64,000 nt of DNA, from positions 2,561,767-2,625,766 of the forward strand of contig CP070751.1 of the NCBI GenBank assembly GCA_020348445.1. Reading direction: 5' to 3'. Numbering within the stretch: the first letter of the stretch is position 1; each line of letters starts with the position of its first letter. The DNA comes from Thermoplasmata archaeon. Its GTDB lineage: Archaea > Thermoplasmatota > Thermoplasmata > GCA-020350865. The notes below the pieces were generated by a model. It was given only the letters and a program-made list of their open reading frames with translations. It did not search any database and had not been told where the DNA came from. The position numbers and the translations under genes were made by a program. This document shows, one piece after another, positions 46,901 through 55,690 of the stretch.

Positions 46901-49267
46901 CCACCTCTCCCTGATGAAGGAAAACCCGTACAATTTACTGACCTTTCCTTCTCATATCCCGATCTCCTTTCGTCATGGGCCTGGGACTTCGGGGGGCTAG
47001 GAACCAGCATCTCACAGAATCCAAAGTTCATCTTTATGGATGATGGTACTTACACTGTTTATTTGACTGTAACCGACGATGATGGCTCAACAGATTCGAT
47101 TTCCCACGATATAGAAATCCTAGATCTTGCTCCAATAGCCAATTTCTCTTGGTCGCCTGATCCTCGATATGAAGGCTCACCTGTGCAGTTTACAGACTTA
47201 TCTTATTCGTACCCTGATGCAATCGTGAGTTGGGATTGGAAATTCGGAGATGGTGGTACAAGTACATTTCAGAATCCAAGCCATACCTACGGTGATAACG
47301 GGGATTACAATGTGACCTTGACTGTAAAAGATGATGACGGCTCCGTCAGTGTTATCACATATACCGTTACAATTCTCAACGCAGATCCCATAGTGAATGC
47401 AGGAAATGACCAGTCAACATATGAGGGTACCAGTGTATCGTTCTCGGGAGCCTTTACAGATCCTGGTTGGCTGGATACCCACACCATCGAATGGGACTTC
47501 GGTGATGGAGGCAAAGCCTACGGTACCTTGACACCCACGCACACATACGGCGATAACGGGGATTTTGTTGTAACCCTCAAAATAACAGATGATGACGGTG
47601 GTGTTGGATACGATTATCTTACTGTCCATGTCGAAAATGTCCCACCAATGGTAAGTCCTGCTGATGATCAGGTAATAGACGAGGGAACCACTATCTCCCT
47701 TGTGGTTGCTACCTTCGTTGATGTAGGTTGGCTGGACACCCATACAGCAACCATTGACTGGGGAGATGGAACAAACGATGCCGGTTCAGTTACTGAAACA
47801 AATGGCAGCGGTTCTGTCTCAGGAAGCCATACATACGGTGACAACGGTGTTTATACAGTCACAGTAACTGTCACAGATGACGATGGTGGCGAAGGCTCAG
47901 CACAATTCAATATCACTGTGAACAACCTGGCACCTGAAGTTGAACCATTGGAGCCTGTGATAATAGATGAAGGAGCACCATTTACCTTGACAGGAATTGC
48001 AGAGGATCCAGGCAGTGACGATCTGACATTTACCTGGAAATTCGAATTTGGACCAACACTGGTTACCATATATTACAACAATGGCCTGACACCAGATCCA
48101 TATCCAAGCTCTTGGGGGGCATTTCCCTTTGCTGCAACTGATGTTGTTACCCACACATACGGTGATAACGGAAATTATACTGTCACTTTGACTGTAGAGG
48201 ATGATGACGGTGCAAAGATCGTGGTTACCACATATGTCATCGTGAACAATGTTGCGCCTTCAGTTGATCTAGGTGGACCTTATATTGTTAATGAAAATTC
48301 GCCTTTGGTTTTAAATGGACACGCAACAGACCCGGGAAGTGATGATCTGACATTTTCTTGGGTAATAGAATATGGACCCATTGTGACAACCATCTATTAT
48401 AATGATGGTGAAAATCCTGATCCATTTCCAAGTCCAGAGGTAAATCCAAGGGATATAATCGATAATGTTGCTCATACCTATGGTGACAACGGAGTGTTTA
48501 CTGTTACCCTCACAGTGACTGATGATGACGGGGCGACAACAACAGTGACCGTAAATGTTACAGTGAACAATGTGGCCCCAACAGTGGTGAACCTTGAGGC
48601 CTATATGTATGTGAACTTTTCATTGAGGGTTGCGGGAGAGAAATGGCATTCTGTTGGAATCCTCCTTCTTGAAGATGATAAGCAGATATGGGCTGATACA
48701 ATCACAAGATATCCCGGAAGTCCGGATGAACAGATGGCCACAAAGGCAAATGTCAAGGTTGACATGACAAAAAGCTATACTGCGTTGGTTGATTATTTGC
48801 CCAATGATCCAAGGGTAAACGGCAATGTTTGGGGTGGAAATCCCGTTTGGATAATAATGACGTTTGAGGACGGTTCAGAGACACGATTGCATCACACTTT
48901 TAATGTAAGACAATCTGATTGGAACAGCGACCACTGGAATCACATCGATCCATGGGAAGTTGAATTTGCACCATATCTTGGAGGGCACAACATAACCTTT
49001 GAGGCACATGCCGAAGATCCCGGCAGCGATGATCTCACCTTTTTCTGGAATTTTGACGACGGCAACTTCTCTGGACCAAATATTTATTACAATAACGGAT
49101 TAAGCCCGGATCCATTCCCAAGTACAGAGATCAATCCAATGACTGCAACTGAAACAACAGTTCACAGATATGCTACATCTGGCACTTATACGATAACACT
49201 AACAGTAACGGATGATGATGGTGGAACAGTAACTGTCACATTATCACTTGCGGTGGTTGTGGGCTAA
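43931..49267 (+). CDS. Giant secreted multi-PKD/Ig-domain protein (1778 aa from ATG 43931)
   Basis: Signal-like N-terminus; PVADANGPY; five HTYGDNG motifs and repeated VTLTV.DDDG; no C-terminal TM helix seen. Confidence 0.88.
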   Translation: MKAIQKFSYGIIQNISVMSLALIMVMASFGGTIENTMNVTQHEGAQVLSTGTDYSAFPDEDPDSGKFLGVAGSGTLVNVPIICHIGVPADEDSFEVDIFDGDLGGHWDQYYDNSDYMDFKLYEDPKKDGTGTSLVASWTHSVMSDDNWYHRVFNTTSGAKALSGNYFYRMTVQWRSPGTSSSNNYFKIRTTGQISVAKGNQFALMAGPLRIPYPSNYGPKPWESKNLDPPEWAGDSDPDTNNVDANSYDGDWNFYFYVPKTRNMVSFKDGDADIVVDDDDANTPFPEGISHGAPKDGPSPYNGCDVAPNVKYTITDPDGNSYVNSNPSGNLEWENFIISKDSADNPDHLVSYDLSAGLWNMHIQGLDSHNMYFIEASFEIFTTTKPPLPVSPPPTLVPPLAASVSPGTNVNYAHKLTNKGLSDVFDLSAISSRGWTTRIYHDADGDGALDSSEVTAGEISDTGTLAKDEAFDMIVQVEVPSSSKDAIDYTKVTGASQTEWNIQASLTDTTTVKSNQPPVADANGPYFGDEGSTIQLDGSGTQDPDGDYLWYFWDLDNDGYYDDSTDIKPKYFWGEDGIYPVKLAVYDGEVYDFNSTTVYVGNLAPEIYSTSYVYTLTQGSNSWTIPAVESTLSPKDFYNYYSASAHTGFEIPYQSFLYLYRDIDDPSNEVGLFIIHDIDGDIGPPYGSPDAQCWMDLSGIPSGTYLAQSDDPGEFKINYPSAGKARGRWHWWYNTDGGAIGGLSTTSSWAITIEPLFWDDVSTWAYYYAGGSNINLNMNQPITISYSAQTEPTTVSTNEGTSITLGAFARDWGLDDEPLGYKFYWNDPYDPGASSTGSTPWDTLFTASHTYYENGAYSPQLTVTDSDGATDTLTFTVNVANVAPNVDAGSNQVVNEGTPVSVSGTFSDPGAYDSHSATWSWGDSNTSPGSVSEENIPPYSTGTVSGSHIYMDQGTYIVILTVTDDDGDSGKDRLTVTVLDLAPTAEFSWSPPLPDEGKPVQFTDLSFSYPDLLSSWAWDFGGLGTSISQNPKFIFMDDGTYTVYLTVTDDDGSTDSISHDIEILDLAPIANFSWSPDPRYEGSPVQFTDLSYSYPDAIVSWDWKFGDGGTSTFQNPSHTYGDNGDYNVTLTVKDDDGSVSVITYTVTILNADPIVNAGNDQSTYEGTSVSFSGAFTDPGWLDTHTIEWDFGDGGKAYGTLTPTHTYGDNGDFVVTLKITDDDGGVGYDYLTVHVENVPPMVSPADDQVIDEGTTISLVVATFVDVGWLDTHTATIDWGDGTNDAGSVTETNGSGSVSGSHTYGDNGVYTVTVTVTDDDGGEGSAQFNITVNNLAPEVEPLEPVIIDEGAPFTLTGIAEDPGSDDLTFTWKFEFGPTLVTIYYNNGLTPDPYPSSWGAFPFAATDVVTHTYGDNGNYTVTLTVEDDDGAKIVVTTYVIVNNVAPSVDLGGPYIVNENSPLVLNGHATDPGSDDLTFSWVIEYGPIVTTIYYNDGENPDPFPSPEVNPRDIIDNVAHTYGDNGVFTVTLTVTDDDGATTTVTVNVTVNNVAPTVVNLEAYMYVNFSLRVAGEKWHSVGILLLEDDKQIWADTITRYPGSPDEQMATKANVKVDMTKSYTALVDYLPNDPRVNGNVWGGNPVWIIMTFEDGSETRLHHTFNVRQSDWNSDHWNHIDPWEVEFAPYLGGHNITFEAHAEDPGSDDLTFFWNFDDGNFSGPNIYYNNGLSPDPFPSTEINPMTATETTVHRYATSGTYTITLTVTDDDGGTVTVTLSLAVVVG

Positions 49268-49305
49268 ATAAAACTCTTTATACCCAAAATCCATTAGCTC
49301 GTAGT

Positions 49306-49929
49306 ATGAAATTGATTTCTCTTATCTCAGGTGGTATAGATTCACCTGTTGCGACACAGATGATGTTGGACAGGGGAGCTGATGTTGTTGTCCTTCATTT
49401 TGACAACAGGCCATTTACAGGCGAGGGTCAAATAAATAAAATGAAGGCTCTTATCGCTCATCTGGAGAAATTAAACAAAAGGGACATAGAAGCATACGTT
49501 GTTCCCCATAAGGACAGCCATATCGCATTTACCCAGAACTGCATTCGTAATCTCCATTGTGTTCTATGTAGAAGGATGATGCTGAGGGTTGCTGAAAAGC
49601 TCGCTCAAAAAGAGGGGGCAGAGGCCTTACTTACAGGAGAATCATTGGGTCAAGTGGCATCCCAAACCCTAAGGAACATAAAAACAGAATCTGAGGCAGT
49701 AAATATCCAGATATTGAGACCTTTGATCGGAATGGACAAGTTAGAGATCGAGGGCATAGCAAAAAAAATAGGCACCTACGAGATTTCGATTCTCCCTGGA
49801 ATGTGCTGTGAGATAGTTCCTAAAAGACCCTCGACATATTCTAAGTTGGAGATTATTTTAGAGGAAGAGAAGAAGGTTGACATACAGGAACTTGTTGATA
49901 AAGCCATAAAAGGTCTAAAGAGATTTTAA
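49306..49929 (+). CDS. ThiI-like sulfurtransferase, catalytic PP-loop domain only (no THUMP)
   Basis: LISGGIDSPVA, CVLCRRMM, TGESLGQVASQTL.N, RPL.GMDK.EI..IA..IGTYEIS, CC. Only 207 aa; apparently leaderless (TTTATA about 25 nt upstream). Confidence 0.8.
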   Translation: MKLISLISGGIDSPVATQMMLDRGADVVVLHFDNRPFTGEGQINKMKALIAHLEKLNKRDIEAYVVPHKDSHIAFTQNCIRNLHCVLCRRMMLRVAEKLAQKEGAEALLTGESLGQVASQTLRNIKTESEAVNIQILRPLIGMDKLEIEGIAKKIGTYEISILPGMCCEIVPKRPSTYSKLEIILEEEKKVDIQELVDKAIKGLKRF

Positions 49930-50023
49930 TTACGTTCCAGATTTTAGTTTCCAAATAAATATAACGCCGTTAAGTTTATAAGGTAAGACCCTAATTATCT
50001 TTATTGAAAGAGGTGATTATAAC

Positions 50024-50416
50024 TTGAAACCGCCTTGCGAAATCGTGGTAAGCAAGATGCTCCCCCACCTAAGAGCAGGAATAGTAAAGAGCCTAATTCA
50101 GGACCACAATATGAAGCAAATAGAAGTGGCAAAGAGATTGGGTATTACCCAGGCCTCGGTAAGCCAATATCTCTCCTCGACAAGAGGGGAAGATGAGGAA
50201 TTCCAAAAACTCTTTCCTGAGATAGGTGAATATGCAAAATCCATTGCCGAGAAAATCGCATCAGGGGAGGATAAGGAGCATCAAGTGGCCCTATTATGCG
50301 AGATGTGCTCCACGATTAGGGAAGAGGGTAAATTCTGTGAATACCACAGGAATTTTCTGCAGATTGACGAATGCGGCATATGCCTCAAAACCTCAACCGA
50401 CAAGGCGGATCCTTAA
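50024..50416 (+). CDS. HTH transcriptional regulator with Cys/His-rich C-terminus
   Basis: MKPPCE......LP.LR......L......KQ.EVA..LGITQASVSQYL...RG; C-terminal CEMC..FCEYH..CGIC. Confidence 0.85.
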   Translation: MKPPCEIVVSKMLPHLRAGIVKSLIQDHNMKQIEVAKRLGITQASVSQYLSSTRGEDEEFQKLFPEIGEYAKSIAEKIASGEDKEHQVALLCEMCSTIREEGKFCEYHRNFLQIDECGICLKTSTDKADP

Positions 50417-50445
50417 GAAATATTACAAAATTATGGAGGGGTAAT

Positions 50446-51660
50446 TTGGCTGGTGTGGACGCCTTTGATTTACATTTACTTCTACCAAAATTCGATTGCG
50501 GCCTTTGCGGCAATCCGATATGTATGACCCTGGCAAGAAATATATTGAGTAACATACAAAAGCCCGTGGATTGTCCATTCATAACTTTAGAAAATATGAA
50601 AAAAATAAATGAACTTATACCCACAAAGGATGTGGTGAGAAAACATCCACATCCAAATGTAGAAGATGACATAATCGAGATACATCCCTGCACAGAAGAT
50701 GGTAAGGTAACGTTGGAGACTCAGCTTAAATCAAAAACCATGAATAGAGATTTTTACAGCGATATTTTCGATTCTCTCCAACTGTGTAAATCATTATCTG
50801 AAGTTGAGATATTTGATAACAGGAACTGCTCCAAAAGAATGGGCTACGGTCTTGTTGAGATAAAAGGGAAAAGGGTGCACATCTTTAAAACAGGCAGAAT
50901 AATTATGAGGCGGGCCGATGACAGGGAAGATGCTCTGGGGACATTCTCAAGGCTATCGAATTTATTATTACCTGCAAGAATATGCTCGTGCGGTAACATC
51001 CTGGCAGATTGCTTTGGCGGTTCATGCGAAACCTGCTCAAAGGATGTTTGCGCAGCCCATCTTGACCATCTTGAGATGACCGAAGCAAAGGACGGAATAA
51101 TCACAGCAGAGAAAATCTTGGATAAATATGATAATAAGAAAAACGAAAAACTTGCTAATAATTTCGAGGATCTGCGAAATATCGTTGACATCATCAGAAA
51201 TATCCATGAAGAACTAAATGCTGGCCATGAAATTGACAAGGAATCGTACAAAGAAGAAATCGACAAAATCGCAGACAACATAAATAAAATATGCATGGAA
51301 AATATCCTGAATAACAAAGAAAAAGATGAAACTGAAATTGCCCTCATACAGTACGGTCTTGCTAGGGATCTGATCAGAGCTAGGGATGGTTTTCTAAGTC
51401 TAGAATCCATAGAAGATAATAAAACTTACAAAACCGCAGCAGAGCTGTTCTTCGATTCCTATGAGGCCTTTGAGAAAAAAGATGTGAAAGCCTCTAAGGA
51501 CGTTATTAAAAGGTATGAAGAATTCAAATCGACATTAGAGACCAATTCTGAAGATGTGGGAATTGCTAAAATTGCTACAAATGGTTTTTATATCTCTAGG
51601 ATATTTGGTAAACCCTTGCCTAGAATAAAGTTGCATGATGTGAATAAGAAGATATCGTAG
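50446..51660 (+). CDS. Fe-S-binding-domain protein of unknown function
   Basis: LLPKFDCGLCG.P.C..LA.......K..DCP (RnfB/CdhE-type FeS motif); HPC; later CSC..DC..SC..C...C; helical C-terminus. TTG at 50446 after GGAGGGG. Confidence 0.7.
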   Translation: MAGVDAFDLHLLLPKFDCGLCGNPICMTLARNILSNIQKPVDCPFITLENMKKINELIPTKDVVRKHPHPNVEDDIIEIHPCTEDGKVTLETQLKSKTMNRDFYSDIFDSLQLCKSLSEVEIFDNRNCSKRMGYGLVEIKGKRVHIFKTGRIIMRRADDREDALGTFSRLSNLLLPARICSCGNILADCFGGSCETCSKDVCAAHLDHLEMTEAKDGIITAEKILDKYDNKKNEKLANNFEDLRNIVDIIRNIHEELNAGHEIDKESYKEEIDKIADNINKICMENILNNKEKDETEIALIQYGLARDLIRARDGFLSLESIEDNKTYKTAAELFFDSYEAFEKKDVKASKDVIKRYEEFKSTLETNSEDVGIAKIATNGFYISRIFGKPLPRIKLHDVNKKIS

Positions 51661-51678
51661 ATATCGGATGGTGGTTGA

Positions 51679-52056
51679 ATGTACAGCGAAAAGGTTATGG
51701 AGATGTTTCGGAATCCGAAAAACATGGGAGAGATAGAAAACCCGGACGGAGTCGGTACCGTGGGCAATCCAAAATGCGGTGATCTTATGGAATTGTACAT
51801 AAAAGTGGAGGACAATATCATAACAGATATAAAATTCAAGACCTTTGGATGTGCCGCGGCAATTGCAACAAGCAGCATGATAACTGAAATGGCAAAGGGC
51901 AAGACCCTGGAAGAAGCCGAGAAGATAACAAGGCAGGATGTAGCAGACGAGCTGGAGGGGCTGCCGCCAATTAAAATGCACTGCTCAAACCTGGCTGCTG
52001 ATGCGCTTCGGGCCGCAATTGAGGATTATCGAAAAAAGAAGGGTGAATCCACATAA
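51679..52056 (+). CDS. iscU: Fe-S cluster scaffold IscU/NifU-N
   Basis: YSEKVM..F.NP.N.G, GNP.CGD.M, KFKTFGC.AAIA.SS, LPPIKMHCS.LA. Confidence 0.94.
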   Translation: MYSEKVMEMFRNPKNMGEIENPDGVGTVGNPKCGDLMELYIKVEDNIITDIKFKTFGCAAAIATSSMITEMAKGKTLEEAEKITRQDVADELEGLPPIKMHCSNLAADALRAAIEDYRKKKGEST

Positions 52057-52059
52057 TCG

Positions 52060-53298
52060 GTGAGCGGTTTTGGGGGCAGACCTTTGGATTTAGCGAAGAT
52101 AAGATCCGATTTTCCTGTTTTTTCCTACGAGATCTACGGTAAGCCCTTTATCTATCTTGACAGCGCGTGCATGGCATTAAAACCGAAACAGGTTATCGAG
52201 GTCATGAACGAATATTACTATGAGCACCCAGCCTGCGGTGGAAGAAGCGTCCACAAGCTGGGTACGAAGGTCACGATTCGATGCGACTCTGCAAGAGACA
52301 GGATAAGGGACTTTCTTTCGGCAGAAAACTCAAATGAGATAATTTTTACGAGAAACACAACAGAGGGTATAAATCTCGTGGCCAGATGTTTCGATTTTCA
52401 AAAAAATGATGTGGTGCTCACAACAGACAGGGAGCATAACTCCAATCTTGCGCCTTGGCATTTACTAAAGGATTTAAAAGGTATCAAACACGAGGTTCTG
52501 CCCTCCAACGAGGACAACACATTCAATTTGGAGGCATTTGAGGAGCGCATGGGAAAGGATGTGAAGATGGTAAGTATGGTTCATACCTCCAATCTGGAGG
52601 GTTATACAATACCCGCCAAGGAGATTATTAAAATAGCACATGATCATGGTGCGTTGGTTATGCTGGATGCTTCTCAAAGCACGGCTCATAAAAAGGTAAA
52701 CGTGACAGACCTAGATGTGGATTTCTTTTGCTTTTCCATTCATAAGATGTGCGGCCCTACGGGAATGGGGATTTTGTACGGAAAATACGAGCAGCTAAAG
52801 AAACTCTCGCCATTTATTGTGGGAGGGGACACGGTGGCCGAAACATCTTATGAAACCACGAAGTATCTTGATCCGCCCCATCGATTCGAAGCAGGTTTGC
52901 AGAATTATTCAGGTATAATGGGAAGTGGTGCCGCAATCCAGTATGTGGGAAATATAGGAATGGACAATATTGCAAAGCACGAGACAAAGCTCAACAGAAT
53001 CATGACTTCAAAACTGGATGGAATACCTCAGGTTCATATTTTAGGGCCCAAGGAGCCCGAGAAAAGGGCTGGGATCGTTTCTTTTACAGTTGATGAAATG
53101 GACTCCCACGATATTGCCATGATTCTTGATGAGATGGCAAATATAATGATCAGATCAGGGATGCACTGCGTGCACAGCTGGTTCCAGTCAAGGGGTTTAA
53201 ACGGATCTGCCAGAGCTTCTGCCTATTTCTACAACACCGAAGAGGAGGCCAAGATATTTGGAGACACCTTGCAGGAGATCGTAGAAAAAGTTGGATAG
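52060..53298 (+). CDS. Cysteine desulfurase, class II (SufS/CsdA-like)
   Basis: R.DFP, YLDSA...KP..V, FTRNTTE.IN, EHNSN..PW, HTSN, DASQS..H, FS.HKMCGPTG.G, FEAG, IRSGMHC. Confidence 0.9.
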   Translation: MSGFGGRPLDLAKIRSDFPVFSYEIYGKPFIYLDSACMALKPKQVIEVMNEYYYEHPACGGRSVHKLGTKVTIRCDSARDRIRDFLSAENSNEIIFTRNTTEGINLVARCFDFQKNDVVLTTDREHNSNLAPWHLLKDLKGIKHEVLPSNEDNTFNLEAFEERMGKDVKMVSMVHTSNLEGYTIPAKEIIKIAHDHGALVMLDASQSTAHKKVNVTDLDVDFFCFSIHKMCGPTGMGILYGKYEQLKKLSPFIVGGDTVAETSYETTKYLDPPHRFEAGLQNYSGIMGSGAAIQYVGNIGMDNIAKHETKLNRIMTSKLDGIPQVHILGPKEPEKRAGIVSFTVDEMDSHDIAMILDEMANIMIRSGMHCVHSWFQSRGLNGSARASAYFYNTEEEAKIFGDTLQEIVEKVG

Positions 53299-53398
53299 GA
53301 TATTTTCAGAATCCATTCTTTTTTATAAGGTGTGCTTTTACTGATAAAACAAAAACAATATATCCTATCATAATCATTTATTTCTTGGTGAAATAAAT

Positions 53399-53803
53399 AT
53401 GTTAGAAAGAAGATCATTGGTAAATAAGGTGAAAGTGCCCCTGCTTTTGATGCTGATCACGTTACTTCTGAGCTTTTTAGTGCCCGGAATTTTAGCACAG
53501 CCAGACAACTCCGAAAAGAGGGATGAACCCCCTGTGAATTCTGATTTGGCATTAGGTTTTGATGCGTATTTTGCGATCGTGAATTACAATGAACCTCACA
53601 ATCCCTGGGTCCAGGTTAATTACTACTATGAAAACGGCTCGTACATAACCATGATCTATGGGATTGAAAGAAGTGTTTTACCATCTTTAAGTCTTAATTA
53701 TCAAAGCGGTGCTGTCCAGGTTTTTGACAGGAAAGGAAAATTGACTGGCCTTGGTTTTAAAACAAGGACCAAATCAAATCTTTTTGTTTTTGTTCCTGCT
53801 TAG
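53399..53803 (+). CDS. Hypothetical secreted protein
   Basis: Hydrophobic signal-like segment followed by a short beta-rich domain; no motif recognised. Confidence 0.5.
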   Translation: MLERRSLVNKVKVPLLLMLITLLLSFLVPGILAQPDNSEKRDEPPVNSDLALGFDAYFAIVNYNEPHNPWVQVNYYYENGSYITMIYGIERSVLPSLSLNYQSGAVQVFDRKGKLTGLGFKTRTKSNLFVFVPA

Positions 53804-53822
53804 CAAAAACATATTTGCATAG

Positions 53823-54332
53823 CTATCTCTTCAAAACCAGCTCACCCATCATCCTGTACTCCTGATTCCAATAGCTTAATGCCCTCTCCCTATCGTAGTC
53901 TTCTTCTTCATGGGCAGCCACCACTTCCCCAATGAACCAGTCATGGGATCCTCCGAAGCTCAATTCTTTGACTATCTTGCATTCAATGTTTACTGGAAAT
54001 TCCTGGATGAGCACGGATTTTATAATCTTAGGTTTCATTGGAGTCAGGCCAAACTTCTCGAACTTGTTCACATCTCTTCCCGATATATCGCCGCACCCAT
54101 CAACCTTATCCACAAGCTCTTTTGTGGGTATGTTCACTCCAAAGTCCCCCACTTCCTTGAGAAGTCCGTAGGAATATCTTTTTGGGTGGACACCTATTCC
54201 GAGCATTGGAGGGGTGAAGGAAAATGCGTGGATCAGTCCTATTGCAATTATGTTCTCTCCCACTGTCACGGCTGTAACTGGAAATGCGGGAAACCTGCGC
54301 CGAGCTTCCTTAGGTTCAATTTCCTTTTTCAT
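53823..54332 (-). CDS. Flavin reductase-like FMN-binding protein
   Basis: P.FPV..VT, PP.L.I.V...RYSY.L....G.F.VN.P, G..SGRD.NKF, P.I.E..V.IEC, G.HD.FIGEV. Confidence 0.88.
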   Translation of the reverse strand: MKKEIEPKEARRRFPAFPVTAVTVGENIIAIGLIHAFSFTPPMLGIGVHPKRYSYGLLKEVGDFGVNIPTKELVDKVDGCGDISGRDVNKFEKFGLTPMKPKIIKSVLIQEFPVNIECKIVKELSFGGSHDWFIGEVVAAHEEEDYDRERALSYWNQEYRMMGELVLKR

Positions 54333-54602
54333 GGTATCAGGCCTCATTAAGGTTTATCTTGCCTCTTGGTAATGGAATTAGGTGGTTATTAGTTATTGGG
54401 GGAGTTTTATTTGAGGAGAGGGAATTGTGTCCTTCACACGATACATTGTAATCGTCTTTTAAATAAGGGCAGCTCTCCTTATCTATTTTAGGGCGTTATC
54501 TACAGAACAATTATAAAGTTATATATGCTAACAAGTGTGTTTAAATTCAAAGAAGCAATCGATAGAAGCGATCTTTGTATGGAAAAACTTGAAGGGTAAA
54601 AT

Positions 54603-55649
54603 ATGTTAAAGAAATTCTATGATTCTAATAAAAAATTAGTCGTTATTATAGTCATATTATTAATTTCATTATATCTCTTACCATTTCTTTCCCAGAGACC
54701 CTGTAAAATGAATATAAGTGTACCTATTCGTAATAAAATTGGTAAAGCGGGAGAAACAGTGGAATTTAAAATGATTTTTGAACAGAAAAATGGATTTGAA
54801 AGACATTATGTAATAAGAGATGTAGTTATATATGAAGGAGATTGGGAATTCAGTATTGAAGGAACATCGATTTATGTTCCACCTGATTCAACAGTTAAAA
54901 TATATATAACGATTAAAATACCAGAGGATGCCCAAAATGGGGATGAGTATTATTTGTATTTTGATTGTTATGAAAAAAAAGATGAAGCGAAAAAAGTTAA
55001 TCCTCATGGGGGTAGTTTTACAGTAACAGTGGACAATCGTGAACCACCAGTAATTGAAGTAAGACCTGGCCATGGATATTCAAACTCGACCAGTAGTTGT
55101 TTTTATTTGTCTCCTTTTTTATTCATACCTCTTGGCGTTATTATATTTTGTGTCTTTTTATTAATAATGGCCTTATTCTACTATAGTAAAAAGGGAATAG
55201 GAATAAACCAATTAAAAGCCAAAGGATATAAGCGTAATAATTTATTATTGTCTTTATTAATAGTAAATATTTTATTAACAATATTTTCCATTTCATTTGC
55301 CCCTTTAATATGGTATTTTATGATCCAAGAATTTAATTTTTGGCACTCGATATTTCTTTTTATTTGGGTTACTAACATCTTAAATCTCATCATACGATTA
55401 TTAAGCGTCATTTTTGTATATATTGATGCAAAAAATATTAACGCTGGGAGGGTATCGTCATTTAAAAAAAGGGACTTTAGAATAGTATCATGGCCCCCTC
55501 TTCTCTGGGCAATCCTTGTATTAATTTTTGGATTTATTGCACTTGCACTTTATATCTACAAACGAAAAGAAATTTTTGATGTTAATTATCATAAACATAA
55601 ATATAAATTAATAAGAAAAAAAAAGAAAGATAAAAGTTTTTCAACTTAA
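54603..55649 (+). CDS. AT-rich hypothetical membrane protein (Ig-like ectodomain plus several TM helices)
   Basis: Long ORF with multiple hydrophobic segments; lines 55201 and 55261 contain only 13/60 and 12/60 G+C. Confidence 0.65.
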   Translation: MLKKFYDSNKKLVVIIVILLISLYLLPFLSQRPCKMNISVPIRNKIGKAGETVEFKMIFEQKNGFERHYVIRDVVIYEGDWEFSIEGTSIYVPPDSTVKIYITIKIPEDAQNGDEYYLYFDCYEKKDEAKKVNPHGGSFTVTVDNREPPVIEVRPGHGYSNSTSSCFYLSPFLFIPLGVIIFCVFLLIMALFYYSKKGIGINQLKAKGYKRNNLLLSLLIVNILLTIFSISFAPLIWYFMIQEFNFWHSIFLFIWVTNILNLIIRLLSVIFVYIDAKNINAGRVSSFKKRDFRIVSWPPLLWAILVLIFGFIALALYIYKRKEIFDVNYHKHKYKLIRKKKKDKSFST

Positions 55650-55690
55650 ATTCTTATACTTTCGGGAGAAAAAGGTAGCAAATATTCTTC

